Positions 31,796-42,005 of a stretch of 61,208 bases of DNA are shown in pieces. The stretch is from an uncultured Variovorax sp. Lineage in GTDB: Bacteria > Pseudomonadota > Gammaproteobacteria > Burkholderiales > Burkholderiaceae_C. The stretch spans positions 1-61,208 of the forward strand of contig CAJYQC010000418.1 in NCBI GenBank assembly GCA_913776885.1, written 5' to 3'. The first letter of the stretch is position 1, and each line of letters opens with the position of its first letter. A program made the position numbers and the translations under genes. The notes beneath the pieces are model-generated. The model was not told where the DNA came from and did no database searches. It worked only from the letters and a program-made list of their open reading frames with translations.

Positions 31796-32017
31796 TCAGC
31801 CCTTGCGGCCCCCCAGCAGCACCAGCGCCCCGCCCACCACGATCACGGCCACTCCGGCCCACACCGGCAGGTTGACCGTTTCCTTCTCCTTCACCGAGAA
31901 CTCCAGCGGCCCCAGCTTGGCCTGGTGGGTCTCCTTGGTGAAGCTGAAACTGCCCAGGGCCAGCACGGCGATGCCGGCCACGATCAGCAGGATGCCGACG
32001 ATGCGGGTTGCGTTCAT
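31796..32017 (-). CDS. Small two-TM membrane protein
   Basis: Two hydrophobic helices flanking KETHQAKLGPLE; AAGGAG RBS. Confidence 0.75.
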   Translation of the reverse strand: MNATRIVGILLIVAGIAVLALGSFSFTKETHQAKLGPLEFSVKEKETVNLPVWAGVAVIVVGGALVLLGGRKG

Positions 32018-32065
32018 GGGGCGATGCTCCTTCGTTCCAACTGCCTTCCGTGCGGGTGCCGGAGG

Positions 32066-32731
32066 TTACTGCCGCGGCTGTTGCTGCTGCAACTGATCGA
32101 CCCACTGCACCACCTCGGCCACCGCCGCGTCGCTGGCGGAGATGAGCGCCTTCACGCCGCCGGGTGCGTCGGCGCTGGGTGCGGGGCGGCGCACGGTGAA
32201 CAGGCGCTGGCCCAGCACGCGGTCGCCCGCGGCGGTGCTGCGCACGAGCGTGGCGCGCAGGCGCACCAGGCCCACGCTGGCGCTCGCGGATTCGAAGTAG
32301 TGGCTGAACTCGTCCAGCGAGATGCGCAGCGTGTCCGGGGCCTGGCCCCGGCCGCGCGAGATGGTGGCTGCCTCCTCGGGGCCGAGCACCATTCGGCGCT
32401 CCGAGAGCGTGTCGCGCAGCCGCTGGCGCAGCAGCTGCGAGGGCGGCAGGCTCCAGCGCGACTGGCCGTAGGGCCGCAGCTCGTTGGCGTCGGCATAGCC
32501 CAGCCGATAGAGGATCTGCGTGCCGTCGAGGCGGGAGTTGCTCTCGAACTCGGCCAGCGACAGCGTCGGGAGCGCGGCCGTGGCGGGCGCCGCGGCGGCC
32601 ATTGCGGGGCCGGGGCCGAAGTCGTAGAGCGTGGCGCGCGCGGGCTTGTCGGGCAGCGCGCCGCAGCCGGCGGCCAGCAGCAGCGCGCAGCCGAGCGCGA
32701 TGGCGGCAGGGGTCTTGCGAATGGCGTTCAT
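32066..32731 (-). CDS. ABC transport auxiliary (PqiC-like) lipoprotein
   Basis: Lipobox AAGC; YDFG, ILYRL, RW..PP motifs; follows the MCE gene. Confidence 0.85.
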   Translation of the reverse strand: MNAIRKTPAAIALGCALLLAAGCGALPDKPARATLYDFGPGPAMAAAAPATAALPTLSLAEFESNSRLDGTQILYRLGYADANELRPYGQSRWSLPPSQLLRQRLRDTLSERRMVLGPEEAATISRGRGQAPDTLRISLDEFSHYFESASASVGLVRLRATLVRSTAAGDRVLGQRLFTVRRPAPSADAPGGVKALISASDAAVAEVVQWVDQLQQQQPRQ

Positions 32732-32757
32732 GGTCGGTGATGCTCCCTCGTGCGGAA

Positions 32758-33717
32758 TCAGGGCCGCGCCGCGGCCGGGGCCTGGAAGCCCGGCTCGCCC
32801 GGGCCCGCGGCCGTGCCGCCGTTGCCGAACAGCAGCGATTGCGGGTTGTCGTTGATGCTGTCCGCCGCGCGGCCCAGCCGGCGCACCGCATGCGAGGTGT
32901 CGTCTGCCACGCGGTTCACGCGCGGCAGCGTGGCGGCGTTGAACGAATCCACCGCCTGCGCCAGCGCCTTGGTGCCGTCGCTCAGCCGCTCGACGGGGCC
33001 GTCAGGCGCGTTCAGCCGGCTCACGGTGGTGTTGAAGTTGTTGGCCACGCGAGAGACGTCGCCGGCGGCCTTCTTCACCGAGGCCAGCGCGTCGGGCATC
33101 TTCGAGAGCGCCGGGTTGAGGCCGGTCTTCACCGTGTTGTCGAGCGTCTTGAGCAGCGTGTTGGCGCTGGCCGAGGCCGCCGCGATGTTCTCCAGCGCAT
33201 CGGCCGCGCGCTTCTGGTTGGGGTCGCTCAGCAGCTGGTTGGCGCGCTTGGTCACTTCCTCGACCTGGTTGATGATGGCCTCGCCGCGGTCCTGCAGCTG
33301 CGCCAGCATCGAGGGCTTGAGCGGGATGCGCGGCGGGTCGTCGTTGTTCGGCTTCAGCGCGACGGTCGATTCGCCCTTGTCGTCGAGTGCGATGAAGGCC
33401 AGGCCGGTCACGCCCTGGTAGCTCAGCGTGGCGAAGCTGGAGGTTGTGAGCGGCACGCGCTCGTCGACCGTGATGCGCACCCGCACGTTGCCCTTGACCT
33501 TCGGGTCGAAGTCGATCGACGCCACCTTGCCCACCGCGATGCCGCGGTAGCGCACCATGGCCTGCGGCTGCAGGCCGCTGACCGCATCGCGCGTGGAGAG
33601 CTCGTAGACGTTGCGCACCGTGTTGTCGCGCGTGAACCAGATCACCAGCGCGACGAGCGCGGCGATCAGCCCGAGCACGAAGGCGCCGGCGGCGAGTGCG
33701 TGGGACTTGTTTTCCAT
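32758..33717 (-). CDS. MlaD/MCE-family protein
   Basis: N-terminal TM, VSGL...VRYRGIAVGKV, QGVTGLAFI, helical C-terminus ending NPQSLLFG. Confidence 0.92.
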   Translation of the reverse strand: MENKSHALAAGAFVLGLIAALVALVIWFTRDNTVRNVYELSTRDAVSGLQPQAMVRYRGIAVGKVASIDFDPKVKGNVRVRITVDERVPLTTSSFATLSYQGVTGLAFIALDDKGESTVALKPNNDDPPRIPLKPSMLAQLQDRGEAIINQVEEVTKRANQLLSDPNQKRAADALENIAAASASANTLLKTLDNTVKTGLNPALSKMPDALASVKKAAGDVSRVANNFNTTVSRLNAPDGPVERLSDGTKALAQAVDSFNAATLPRVNRVADDTSHAVRRLGRAADSINDNPQSLLFGNGGTAAGPGEPGFQAPAAARP

Positions 33718-33726
33718 GGTGGCTAC

Positions 33727-34575
33727 CTACCTTTCGGCGCCCTGCCCGGGGGCAGGCTGCGCGGTGGATTGTCCGGCTGGCTTGTCATGCAGCGCCTCGA
33801 GCGCGCGCTGGCCGCGCCCGCCGAGGAAGTATTCGTGGATGAAGGGGTGCGGATACGCGATGACCTCGCGCGCCGCGCCGGTGACGATCACCTTCTGGTC
33901 GGCCAGCACCGCGATGCGGGTGCTCAGGTCGAACAGCGTGTCCAGGTCGTGCGTGACCATCACCACCGTGAGGCCCAGCTCGCGGTGCAGGCCGCGCAGC
34001 AGGTCGCAGAAGCTGTCGGAGGCCTCGGGGTCGAGGCCGGCCGTGGGTTCGTCAAGCAGCAGCAGGGGCGGGTCCATGATGAGCGCGCGCGCCAGCGCCA
34101 CGCGCTTGATCATGCCGCCCGAAAGATCGGCCGGGCTCTTGTTGGCATGCTGCGGGCCCAGGCCCACCATCTGCAGCTTCACCAGCGCGGCGTGGCGGAT
34201 GAGTTCGTCGGGCAGCAGCTTCAGCTCGCGCAGCGGAAAGGCGATGTTCTCCAGCACGCTGAAGGCCGAGAACAGCGCGCCGTGCTGGAACAGCATGCCC
34301 ACGTTGGCCGCGCCCGAGGCGCTGAGCTCGCCGGGCTGCTGGCCGAGCACTTCGACGTGGCCGCGCGTGGGCTTCTCCAGCCCGAGGATCTGGCGCAGCA
34401 GCACCGTCTTGCCCGTGCCCGATCCGCCCACCAGCGAGAGCACCTCGCCGCGATCGATGTGCAGCTGCAGGTCGCGGTGCACCACCTGCTCGCCATCGGC
34501 GCTTTCGAACACGGTCCACAGCCCGCGGATGTCCACCACGGTGGCGTCGGTGTCGGGGCGCACGGGCATGCTCAT
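33727..34575 (-). CDS. MlaF-like ABC ATP-binding protein
   Basis: GGSGTGKT, LSGGMIKR, LDEPTAGLDP; start placed at ATG 34575 because the ORF-track N-terminus is repeat-derived. Confidence 0.9.
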   Translation of the reverse strand: MSMPVRPDTDATVVDIRGLWTVFESADGEQVVHRDLQLHIDRGEVLSLVGGSGTGKTVLLRQILGLEKPTRGHVEVLGQQPGELSASGAANVGMLFQHGALFSAFSVLENIAFPLRELKLLPDELIRHAALVKLQMVGLGPQHANKSPADLSGGMIKRVALARALIMDPPLLLLDEPTAGLDPEASDSFCDLLRGLHRELGLTVVMVTHDLDTLFDLSTRIAVLADQKVIVTGAAREVIAYPHPFIHEYFLGGRGQRALEALHDKPAGQSTAQPAPGQGAER

Positions 34576-34635
34576 GCGGCTGCTCCTTTTCGCCAGCAAT
34601 GTGCGCGATCCGCGAGCACCGCATGGCCGAGGCCA

Positions 34636-34710
34636 GGAACACCACGGAGCCGGCTCGGCCGGGCCGCGGGTGTCGCCCCCGGCGAGGGAAGGGCGCGAAG
34701 ACTGGGCGAG
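34636..34710 (-). repeat. Family A repeat (internally shortened)
   Basis: GGAACACCACGGAGCCGGCTCGGCCGGGCCGCGGGTGTCGCCCCCGGCGAGGG on +; about 10 nt after the permease stop. Confidence 0.75.
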
Positions 34711-34720
34711 CACCTCATGT

Positions 34721-35887
34721 TCATGCCCGGAAGCCGATGCCCTTGAAGAGCACCGCGAACAATGCGTCCACCAGGATCACGGCGGTGATCGAGGTGACCA
34801 CCGACGAGGTCGTGCCGCGCCCGAGGCTCTCGGTGTTGGGCTTGACCTTCATGCCGAAGTGGCAGCCGATCAGCGCGATCAGGATGCCGAACACCGCCGA
34901 CTTGGCCATCGCCAGCCAGAGGTTCGACATCGGCACCGCGCGCGGCAGGGCGGAGAGGAAGTAGGCCGGCGAGATGTCGAGCGCCGCGTCGGCCGCGAGC
35001 ATGCCGCCCGCGAGTGCGGCCATGGAGGTCCACAGGCTGATCAGCGGCATCGCGATGGCCAGCGCCAGCACGCGCGGCATCACCAGGCGGAAGCCGTGCG
35101 GGATGCCCATCACGCGCATCGCGTCGAGCTCTTCCGTCACGCGCATCACGCCGATCTGCGCGGTGATGGCGGAGCCCGATCGGCCGGCGATCAGCACCGC
35201 GGCCAGCACCGGCCCCAGCTCGCGGATCAGCGAGAGCCCGAGGATGTTCACCACGAAGGTCTCGGCGCCGTACTGCCGCAGCTGCTGCGAGATCAGGTAG
35301 GCCAACACCACGCCGATCAGCAGCCCGACCAGCGCCGTGATGTGCAGCGCGGTCGCGCCGAACTGATAGAGATGGCCCGAGAAATCTCGCCACGGCCCGC
35401 GGTGCGGCGCGCGCGCCAGCCGGCACAGGTCGAGCGCGAGCTGGCCGATCAGCGAGGTGAAGTCGCGCACCACGTACATGAGGCGCGGCCCGTTGTGCGA
35501 GAACGCGCGGATGCGGTCGGCGAGCGTGGGCGAGGGCTCGTCGGGCGTGGCGACGGTGTATTGCGCCACCTGGTCCAGCACCGCCTTGTGCTGCGGCGAC
35601 AGCTCGATGGCGGAGGGCCACTCGTGGCGCCAGTGGTCCCACAGCAACTGCGCGCCGACGTGGTCGAGCTGCTCGATGGCCCGCAGGTCCCAGGCGCGGT
35701 CGTCGGCGGGCGGGGCGGCCTTCAGGCTTTCAGCCAGCGCGCGCCAGGCCGGCTTGGACGACATCGCCAGCGTGGTCCACCGGCCGCTGGCTACTGTCCA
35801 CTGGCGGCCGTCCTGCTCGCGCTGCGCGACGCGGGGCCACCCGCTGTCGGCGGCGGAGGCGTCGGCAGTCGATGGAGCGGGAGACAT
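34721..35887 (-). CDS. MlaE-family permease with N-terminal STAS-like domain
   Basis: RELGPVLAAVLIAGRSGSAITAQIGVMRVTEELDAMRVMG; N-terminal DL..I..LD..GA STAS-like segment. Confidence 0.92.
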   Translation of the reverse strand: MSPAPSTADASAADSGWPRVAQREQDGRQWTVASGRWTTLAMSSKPAWRALAESLKAAPPADDRAWDLRAIEQLDHVGAQLLWDHWRHEWPSAIELSPQHKAVLDQVAQYTVATPDEPSPTLADRIRAFSHNGPRLMYVVRDFTSLIGQLALDLCRLARAPHRGPWRDFSGHLYQFGATALHITALVGLLIGVVLAYLISQQLRQYGAETFVVNILGLSLIRELGPVLAAVLIAGRSGSAITAQIGVMRVTEELDAMRVMGIPHGFRLVMPRVLALAIAMPLISLWTSMAALAGGMLAADAALDISPAYFLSALPRAVPMSNLWLAMAKSAVFGILIALIGCHFGMKVKPNTESLGRGTTSSVVTSITAVILVDALFAVLFKGIGFRA

Positions 35888-36035
35888 GGCGGGGCGAGGA
35901 ATGAAAGAGGCGGGTGAGCGGAAAAGTTAACAAAACCCGGGCCGGGTCCGCGCATCGTAACCGCGTGCATCCGGGGTCAAGGTACGCCAGACCCTTCGTT
36001 CGCGTAGGGCACCACCTCGTTTCTTCCTGATTCCT

Positions 36036-36965
36036 TCAGGGCTCGAAGCCATCGGACAAGGCTTCGCGCAGCCAGCCCACGAAGGCCGTGACTGCCTGCG
36101 GCACGTGCGTGGCATAGGGGCGTATCGCGTAAAGACGCTCGCCGAAGGCGCCCACCGAGCGCCACTGCGGCAGCACCTGCTGCAGCTTGCCCGACTGCAG
36201 CGCCGCCTGCGCGCTGAAGTCGGGCACCAGCGCAATGCCCAGGCCGGTGAGCGCCGCGTCGCGCAGCGCCTCGCTGTTGTTGGCGACCAGCGGGCCCGAA
36301 ACCGGCACCGTGATGCGCGGCGCCGATGCCTTGGCCTCGAAGTGCCAGGTCGGGGTTTCCTGCGCGCGCGGGTAGTGCAGGCAGTCGTGGCCGGCCAGGG
36401 CCTGGGGCTCGCGCGGTGTGCCGCGGCGGCGCAGGTAGGCGCGGCTGGCCACCAGCACCGAACGCGTCTCGCACAGCGTCCAGGCCACGTGCGTGTCGGG
36501 CGGAGCGGCGGTGTGGCGGATGGCGAGGTCGAAGCCCTCCATCGCGAGCGAGCTGAGCCGGTCGGACAGGTCGAGCTCGATGCGCACCTCGGGCTGCGCG
36601 CGCAGGAAATCGGCCAGCCTGGGCACCAGCTGCTGGCGCGCGAAGGCCACCGGCGCCGTCACCCGCACCAGGCCGCGCGGCACACCCGCGAGGTCGCGCA
36701 CGCCGGCGAAGCTGTGGGCGATCTGCTCGAAGGGGCCGCGCATGTCGTCCACCAGCCGCTGGCCGGCCTCGGTGAGCCGCACGCTGCGCGTGGTGCGCTG
36801 CACCAATGGCGCGCCGGCCGCGCGCTCGAGCTCGGCGATGCGCTGGCTCATGGCCGCCTTGCTCACGCCCAGGCGCAGCGCGGCGGCGGTGAAGCTGCCC
36901 TGCTGCGCCAGCACCGTGAGCCAGTGCAGGTGCGTCCAGAGCGACTCGATATTTTGGGGTTTCAT
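36036..36965 (-). CDS. LysR-family transcriptional regulator
   Basis: [18 protein letters not shown]...[12 protein letters not shown]. Confidence 0.93.
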   Translation of the reverse strand: MKPQNIESLWTHLHWLTVLAQQGSFTAAALRLGVSKAAMSQRIAELERAAGAPLVQRTTRSVRLTEAGQRLVDDMRGPFEQIAHSFAGVRDLAGVPRGLVRVTAPVAFARQQLVPRLADFLRAQPEVRIELDLSDRLSSLAMEGFDLAIRHTAAPPDTHVAWTLCETRSVLVASRAYLRRRGTPREPQALAGHDCLHYPRAQETPTWHFEAKASAPRITVPVSGPLVANNSEALRDAALTGLGIALVPDFSAQAALQSGKLQQVLPQWRSVGAFGERLYAIRPYATHVPQAVTAFVGWLREALSDGFEP

Positions 36966-36971
36966 GCCTGC

Positions 36972-36993
36972 ATTGTTCGCCATTGCGAACAAT
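36972..36993. promoter_or_regulatory. Putative LysR operator
   Basis: Perfect inverted repeat ATTGTTCGC-N4-GCGAACAAT between LysR and mmsA. Confidence 0.6.
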
Positions 36994-37084
36994 AAGTTCA
37001 AGCTTTACGACTAGGCGGCGAACAACGCGCTGCCTAAACTGGCCGCATCTTCCTTCTGGCACAGCCTCTCTCAGGGTTCTCCCC

Positions 37085-38593
<1,509 letters not shown>

Positions 38594-38595
38594 GT

Positions 38596-38684
38596 CCACG
38601 CCCGACTCTCGCGCACTTCGTGTCGCTCCCATCCCCCCGAGGGGGCGCTCTCTGCGGTCCGGCAGAGCCGGTTCCGCGGGAGCT
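38596..38684 (+). repeat. Family A repeat variant with B-like central hairpin
   Basis: CGCGCACTTCGTGTCGCT...CCCCCGAGGGGGCG...CCGGCAGAGCCGGTTCCGCGG directly after the mmsA stop. Confidence 0.8.
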
Positions 38685-38760
38685 CTGGTACTGACGGGTA
38701 ACGGCATTGGCGCGGTGTAGCGCCCTGAGCAAACAAGAACGAGCAGAAGGAGACAACCAC

Positions 38761-40389
38761 TTGAGCGAGACCACCTTCGACTATGTCGTCATCGGCGCCG
38801 GCACCGCCGGCTCGCTCATGGCGAACCGCCTGAGCGCCGACAAGAACCGGCGCGTGCTGCTCATCGAGGCGGGCCGCAAGGACGACTACCACTGGATCCA
38901 CATTCCGGTGGGCTACCTCTACTGCATCGGCAACCCGCGCACCGACTGGCTCTACAGCACCGAGCCCGACGCGGGCCTCAACGGCCGGGTGCTGCGCTAT
39001 CCGCGCGGCAAGACGCTCGGCGGCTGCTCCAGCATCAACGGCATGATCTACATGCGGGGCCAGTCGCGCGACTACGAGCACTGGGCCGACCTCACCGGCG
39101 ACGACGGCTGGCGCTGGCAGAACGTGCTGCCGGCCTTCAAGAAGCACGAAGACCACTATCTGGGCGCCGACGAGATGCATGGCGCGGGCGGCGAGTGGCG
39201 CGTAGAGAAGCAGCGCCTGCGCTGGGACATCCTCGATGCGTTCGCCGAGGCTGCGGTGCAGGCCGGCGTGCCGCACTCCACCGACTTCAACCGCGGCAGC
39301 AACGAAGGCGTGGGCTATTTCCAGGTCAACCAGAAGAACGGCTGGCGCTGGAACACCGCCAAGGCCTTCCTGCGCCCGACCTGCTACGGCAGGCCCAACT
39401 TCGAGCTCTGGACCGGCGCGCAGGTCTCGCGCCTGCTCTTCGAGACGCAACCCGACGGCACGCGCCGCTGCACCGGCGCCGAGGTGTGGAACGGCAGCGA
39501 GAAGGTCACGGTGCGCGCCACGCGCGAGGTGGTGCTGAGCGCCGGCGCCATCAACTCGCCGCAGATCCTGCAGCTTTCGGGCGTGGGACCGGCCGAGCTG
39601 CTCAGCCAGCACGGCATCGACGTGGTGGTCGACTCGCCCGGCGTCGGTGCCAACCTGCAGGATCACCTGCAGATCCGCGCGGTCTACAAGATCGCGGGGG
39701 CGCCCACGCTCAACGTGATGGCCTCGTCGATGATCGGCAAGGCGAAGATCGGCCTCGAATACGTGCTCAAGCGCAGCGGCCCGATGAGCATGGCGCCCTC
39801 GCAGCTCGGCGCGTTCACGCGCAGTTCGCCCGATCGCGAATGGCCCAACCTGCAGTACCACGTGCAGCCGCTGTCGCTCGACGCCTTCGGCGATCCGCTG
39901 CACAGCTTTCCGGCCTTCACCGCGAGCGTGTGCAACCTCAACCCGACGAGCCGGGGCTCGGTGCGCATCCGCAGCAACCGCTTCGAGGACGCCCCGGCCA
40001 TCGCGCCCAACTACCTGAGCACCGACGAAGACCGCAAGGTGGCGGCCGAGTCGCTGCGCGTCACGCGCCGCATCGCGCAGCAGCCCGCGCTCGCCAAGTA
40101 CAAGCCAGAGGAATGGAAGCCCGGCGTGCAGTACCAGACCGACAAGGATCTGGCACGCCTGGCAGGCGACATCGCCACCACCATCTTCCATCCGGTGGGC
40201 ACCACCAGGATGGGCGCCGACAACGACCCGGCGGCGGTGCTCGATTCGCGCCTGCGCGTGCGCGGCGTGCAGGGCCTGCGCGTAGTGGATGCGGGCGCGA
40301 TGCCCACCATCACCAGCGGCAACACCAACAGCCCCACGCTCATGATGGCCGAGAAGGCCGCAGGCTGGATCGTCGAGGACAACCGCTGA
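38761..40389 (+). CDS. GMC-family oxidoreductase (choline dehydrogenase-like)
   Basis: DYVVIGAGTAG, RGKTLGGCSSINGM, NLQDHLQ, FHPVGT, GNTN; TTG start after AGGAGAC RBS. Confidence 0.92.
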   Translation: MSETTFDYVVIGAGTAGSLMANRLSADKNRRVLLIEAGRKDDYHWIHIPVGYLYCIGNPRTDWLYSTEPDAGLNGRVLRYPRGKTLGGCSSINGMIYMRGQSRDYEHWADLTGDDGWRWQNVLPAFKKHEDHYLGADEMHGAGGEWRVEKQRLRWDILDAFAEAAVQAGVPHSTDFNRGSNEGVGYFQVNQKNGWRWNTAKAFLRPTCYGRPNFELWTGAQVSRLLFETQPDGTRRCTGAEVWNGSEKVTVRATREVVLSAGAINSPQILQLSGVGPAELLSQHGIDVVVDSPGVGANLQDHLQIRAVYKIAGAPTLNVMASSMIGKAKIGLEYVLKRSGPMSMAPSQLGAFTRSSPDREWPNLQYHVQPLSLDAFGDPLHSFPAFTASVCNLNPTSRGSVRIRSNRFEDAPAIAPNYLSTDEDRKVAAESLRVTRRIAQQPALAKYKPEEWKPGVQYQTDKDLARLAGDIATTIFHPVGTTRMGADNDPAAVLDSRLRVRGVQGLRVVDAGAMPTITSGNTNSPTLMMAEKAAGWIVEDNR

Positions 40390-40395
40390 GCGGCT

Positions 40396-40573
40396 TCAGC
40401 GACGCGGTGCTGCGGGCGGCTTGTCCGCCATCGCGCGGCGGCGCGCGGCCGGGGCATTGCCCGCCATGCGCGCCTTCGCGCCTTCCAGCATGAGGTCGGC
40501 GCCGATCTCGAACAGCGCGTCGGGGCCGGACTTGCGGTAGTTGGCGAAGGCCTCGGCCAGCAACGGGCGCGAG
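40396..40573 (-). pseudogene. 3' remnant of a TetR(A)-class repressor gene
   Basis: PLLAEAFANYRKSGPDALFEIGADLMLEG resembles the C-terminal helices of tetracycline repressors (PLL....GPDAAFE.G...I.DG); no HTH upstream. Confidence 0.6.
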
Positions 40574-40714
40574 GCTGCGGTGTTTGGGCCGCTGCTCATC
40601 AGCCAGCTCTACTTCGCCTTCCGCCTGCGCCTTCCCGGCATCGCGTGGCTGGCGGGCGCGTTGGTCTACCTGCTGTGCATGCCGGTGCTGCTGCGCAGAG
40701 CTCCCAGGCCATAG
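40574..40714 (+). pseudogene. 3' remnant of a TetA-like MFS efflux gene
   Basis: Startless frame AAVFGPLLISQLYFAFRLRLPGIAWLAGALVYLLCMPVLLRRAPRP* resembles TetA TM11-12 (GPLL...Y...W.AGAALYLLCLP.LRR). Confidence 0.7.
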
Positions 40715-40743
40715 CTGTGGCCTGCATTCGGTCTGATGCCAGA

Positions 40744-40935
40744 AACACCCAGGAACCGGCTCCGCCGGGCCTGAGGTGTTGCCCCCGGTAGGGGGTTGGC
40801 GCAGCGACACGAAGTGCGCGCAGCCTGGGGGCGAGCCTGGAACACCCAGGAACCGGCTTCGCCGGGCCTGAGGTGTTGCCCCCGGTAGGGGGTTGGCGCA
40901 GCGACACGAAGTGCGCGCAGCCTGGGGGCGAGCCT
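40744..40935 (-). repeat. Family A repeat, tandem x2 (97-bp period)
   Basis: AACACCCAGGAACCGGC recurs at 40744 and 40841; near-identical units abutting the SBP stop. Confidence 0.93.
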
Positions 40936-41984
40936 TATTTTTCGATGGTCTTGTTCCAGCGCGCATTCCACGCCGGTCGGTTCGCGTTGATGCTTTCCCA
41001 GTCGATGGTCACCGCGGTCTTCATCCACTTGTTGATGTCTGCCACCTGCGCCACGCCGTCGCCTACCACCGGCGCCTTCGGGTTGGTCGGGATCTGCGCG
41101 CCGTACTGCAGCACGTTGGCCTGCGCCAGCGGGCTCAGCAGGAACTCGGCGAGCTTCTGCGAGAGCTCGGGCTCGGTGTTGTTGGCGATCACGCACTGGC
41201 CGACCATGAGCACCACCGCGCCTTCCTTGGGCGGCGCGTATTCCACCGGGATGCCCTTGCTCTTCATCGCGGCCACGGCCGTTGGCGTGAGCGGGAAGAT
41301 CGCCGCTTCGCCGGTCTGCACCATCTCAGAGAGCTTGGCCGAGCTCGGGATGTACTCCAGCACGTTCGGCCCGATGGTGGTGGGCCAGGCCTTGAAGCCG
41401 GGCTCCACGTTCTTGTCGTTGCCGCCCTGGATGCGGTTGAACATCAGGAAGCCGTGCAGCCCGAAGGAGGACGACGACACCGACTGGAACACCACCTTGC
41501 CCTTGTACTTCGGGTCGGCCAGGTCCATCCACGAGGTGGGCGGCGCCCAGCCCTTCTCCTTGAACATCTTCGCGTTGTAGGCCAGGCCGGTCATGCCCAG
41601 GCTCACACCGCTGGCCATGTCGTCCTTGAAGCGCGCGGCCGGGTAGATCTCGCTGAGCGACTGGCTGGGCTTCTGCTTCTGGCACAGGCCCATGCCGATG
41701 GCGCGCACCATCACGCCGTCGTCGAGGAACATCACGTGCATCTGCGGCTTGTCCTTGTTGGCCTGCGCCTTGGCGAGGATGTCGGACGAGGTGCCCGGCA
41801 CCACCACCACCTTCGCGCCGTAGGCCTTCTCGAAGGCCGGGAAGACGTACTGCGTGTACGCCTTCTCCATCGTGCCGCCGTTCATGCCGATGTAGAGGGT
41901 CTTGGTCTGCGCACCGGCGATGCCGGCGGCCGCGAGCAGCGCGGCCAGCAGCGGAAGGGTTCTGATCGATGACTTCTGGGACAT
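40935..41984 (-). CDS. ABC transporter substrate-binding protein (PotD/opine-like)
   Basis: Signal peptide, GLAYN, PTSWMDL.DP.YKG, PKEGA; GGAGAG RBS. Confidence 0.88.
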   Translation of the reverse strand: MSQKSSIRTLPLLAALLAAAGIAGAQTKTLYIGMNGGTMEKAYTQYVFPAFEKAYGAKVVVVPGTSSDILAKAQANKDKPQMHVMFLDDGVMVRAIGMGLCQKQKPSQSLSEIYPAARFKDDMASGVSLGMTGLAYNAKMFKEKGWAPPTSWMDLADPKYKGKVVFQSVSSSSFGLHGFLMFNRIQGGNDKNVEPGFKAWPTTIGPNVLEYIPSSAKLSEMVQTGEAAIFPLTPTAVAAMKSKGIPVEYAPPKEGAVVLMVGQCVIANNTEPELSQKLAEFLLSPLAQANVLQYGAQIPTNPKAPVVGDGVAQVADINKWMKTAVTIDWESINANRPAWNARWNKTIEK

Positions 41985-42005
41985 GGCGATGCTCTCCATT
42001 CAGGT

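Noticed and set aside
34576-34713. Repeat-derived N-terminal extensions of the MlaF-like ATPase (and of 1379+, 6685+, 45723-, 52340+ ORFs) as coding insertions
   Set aside because: Each gene has a plausible downstream ATG giving a normal-length protein, so translation of the repeat is unsupported.
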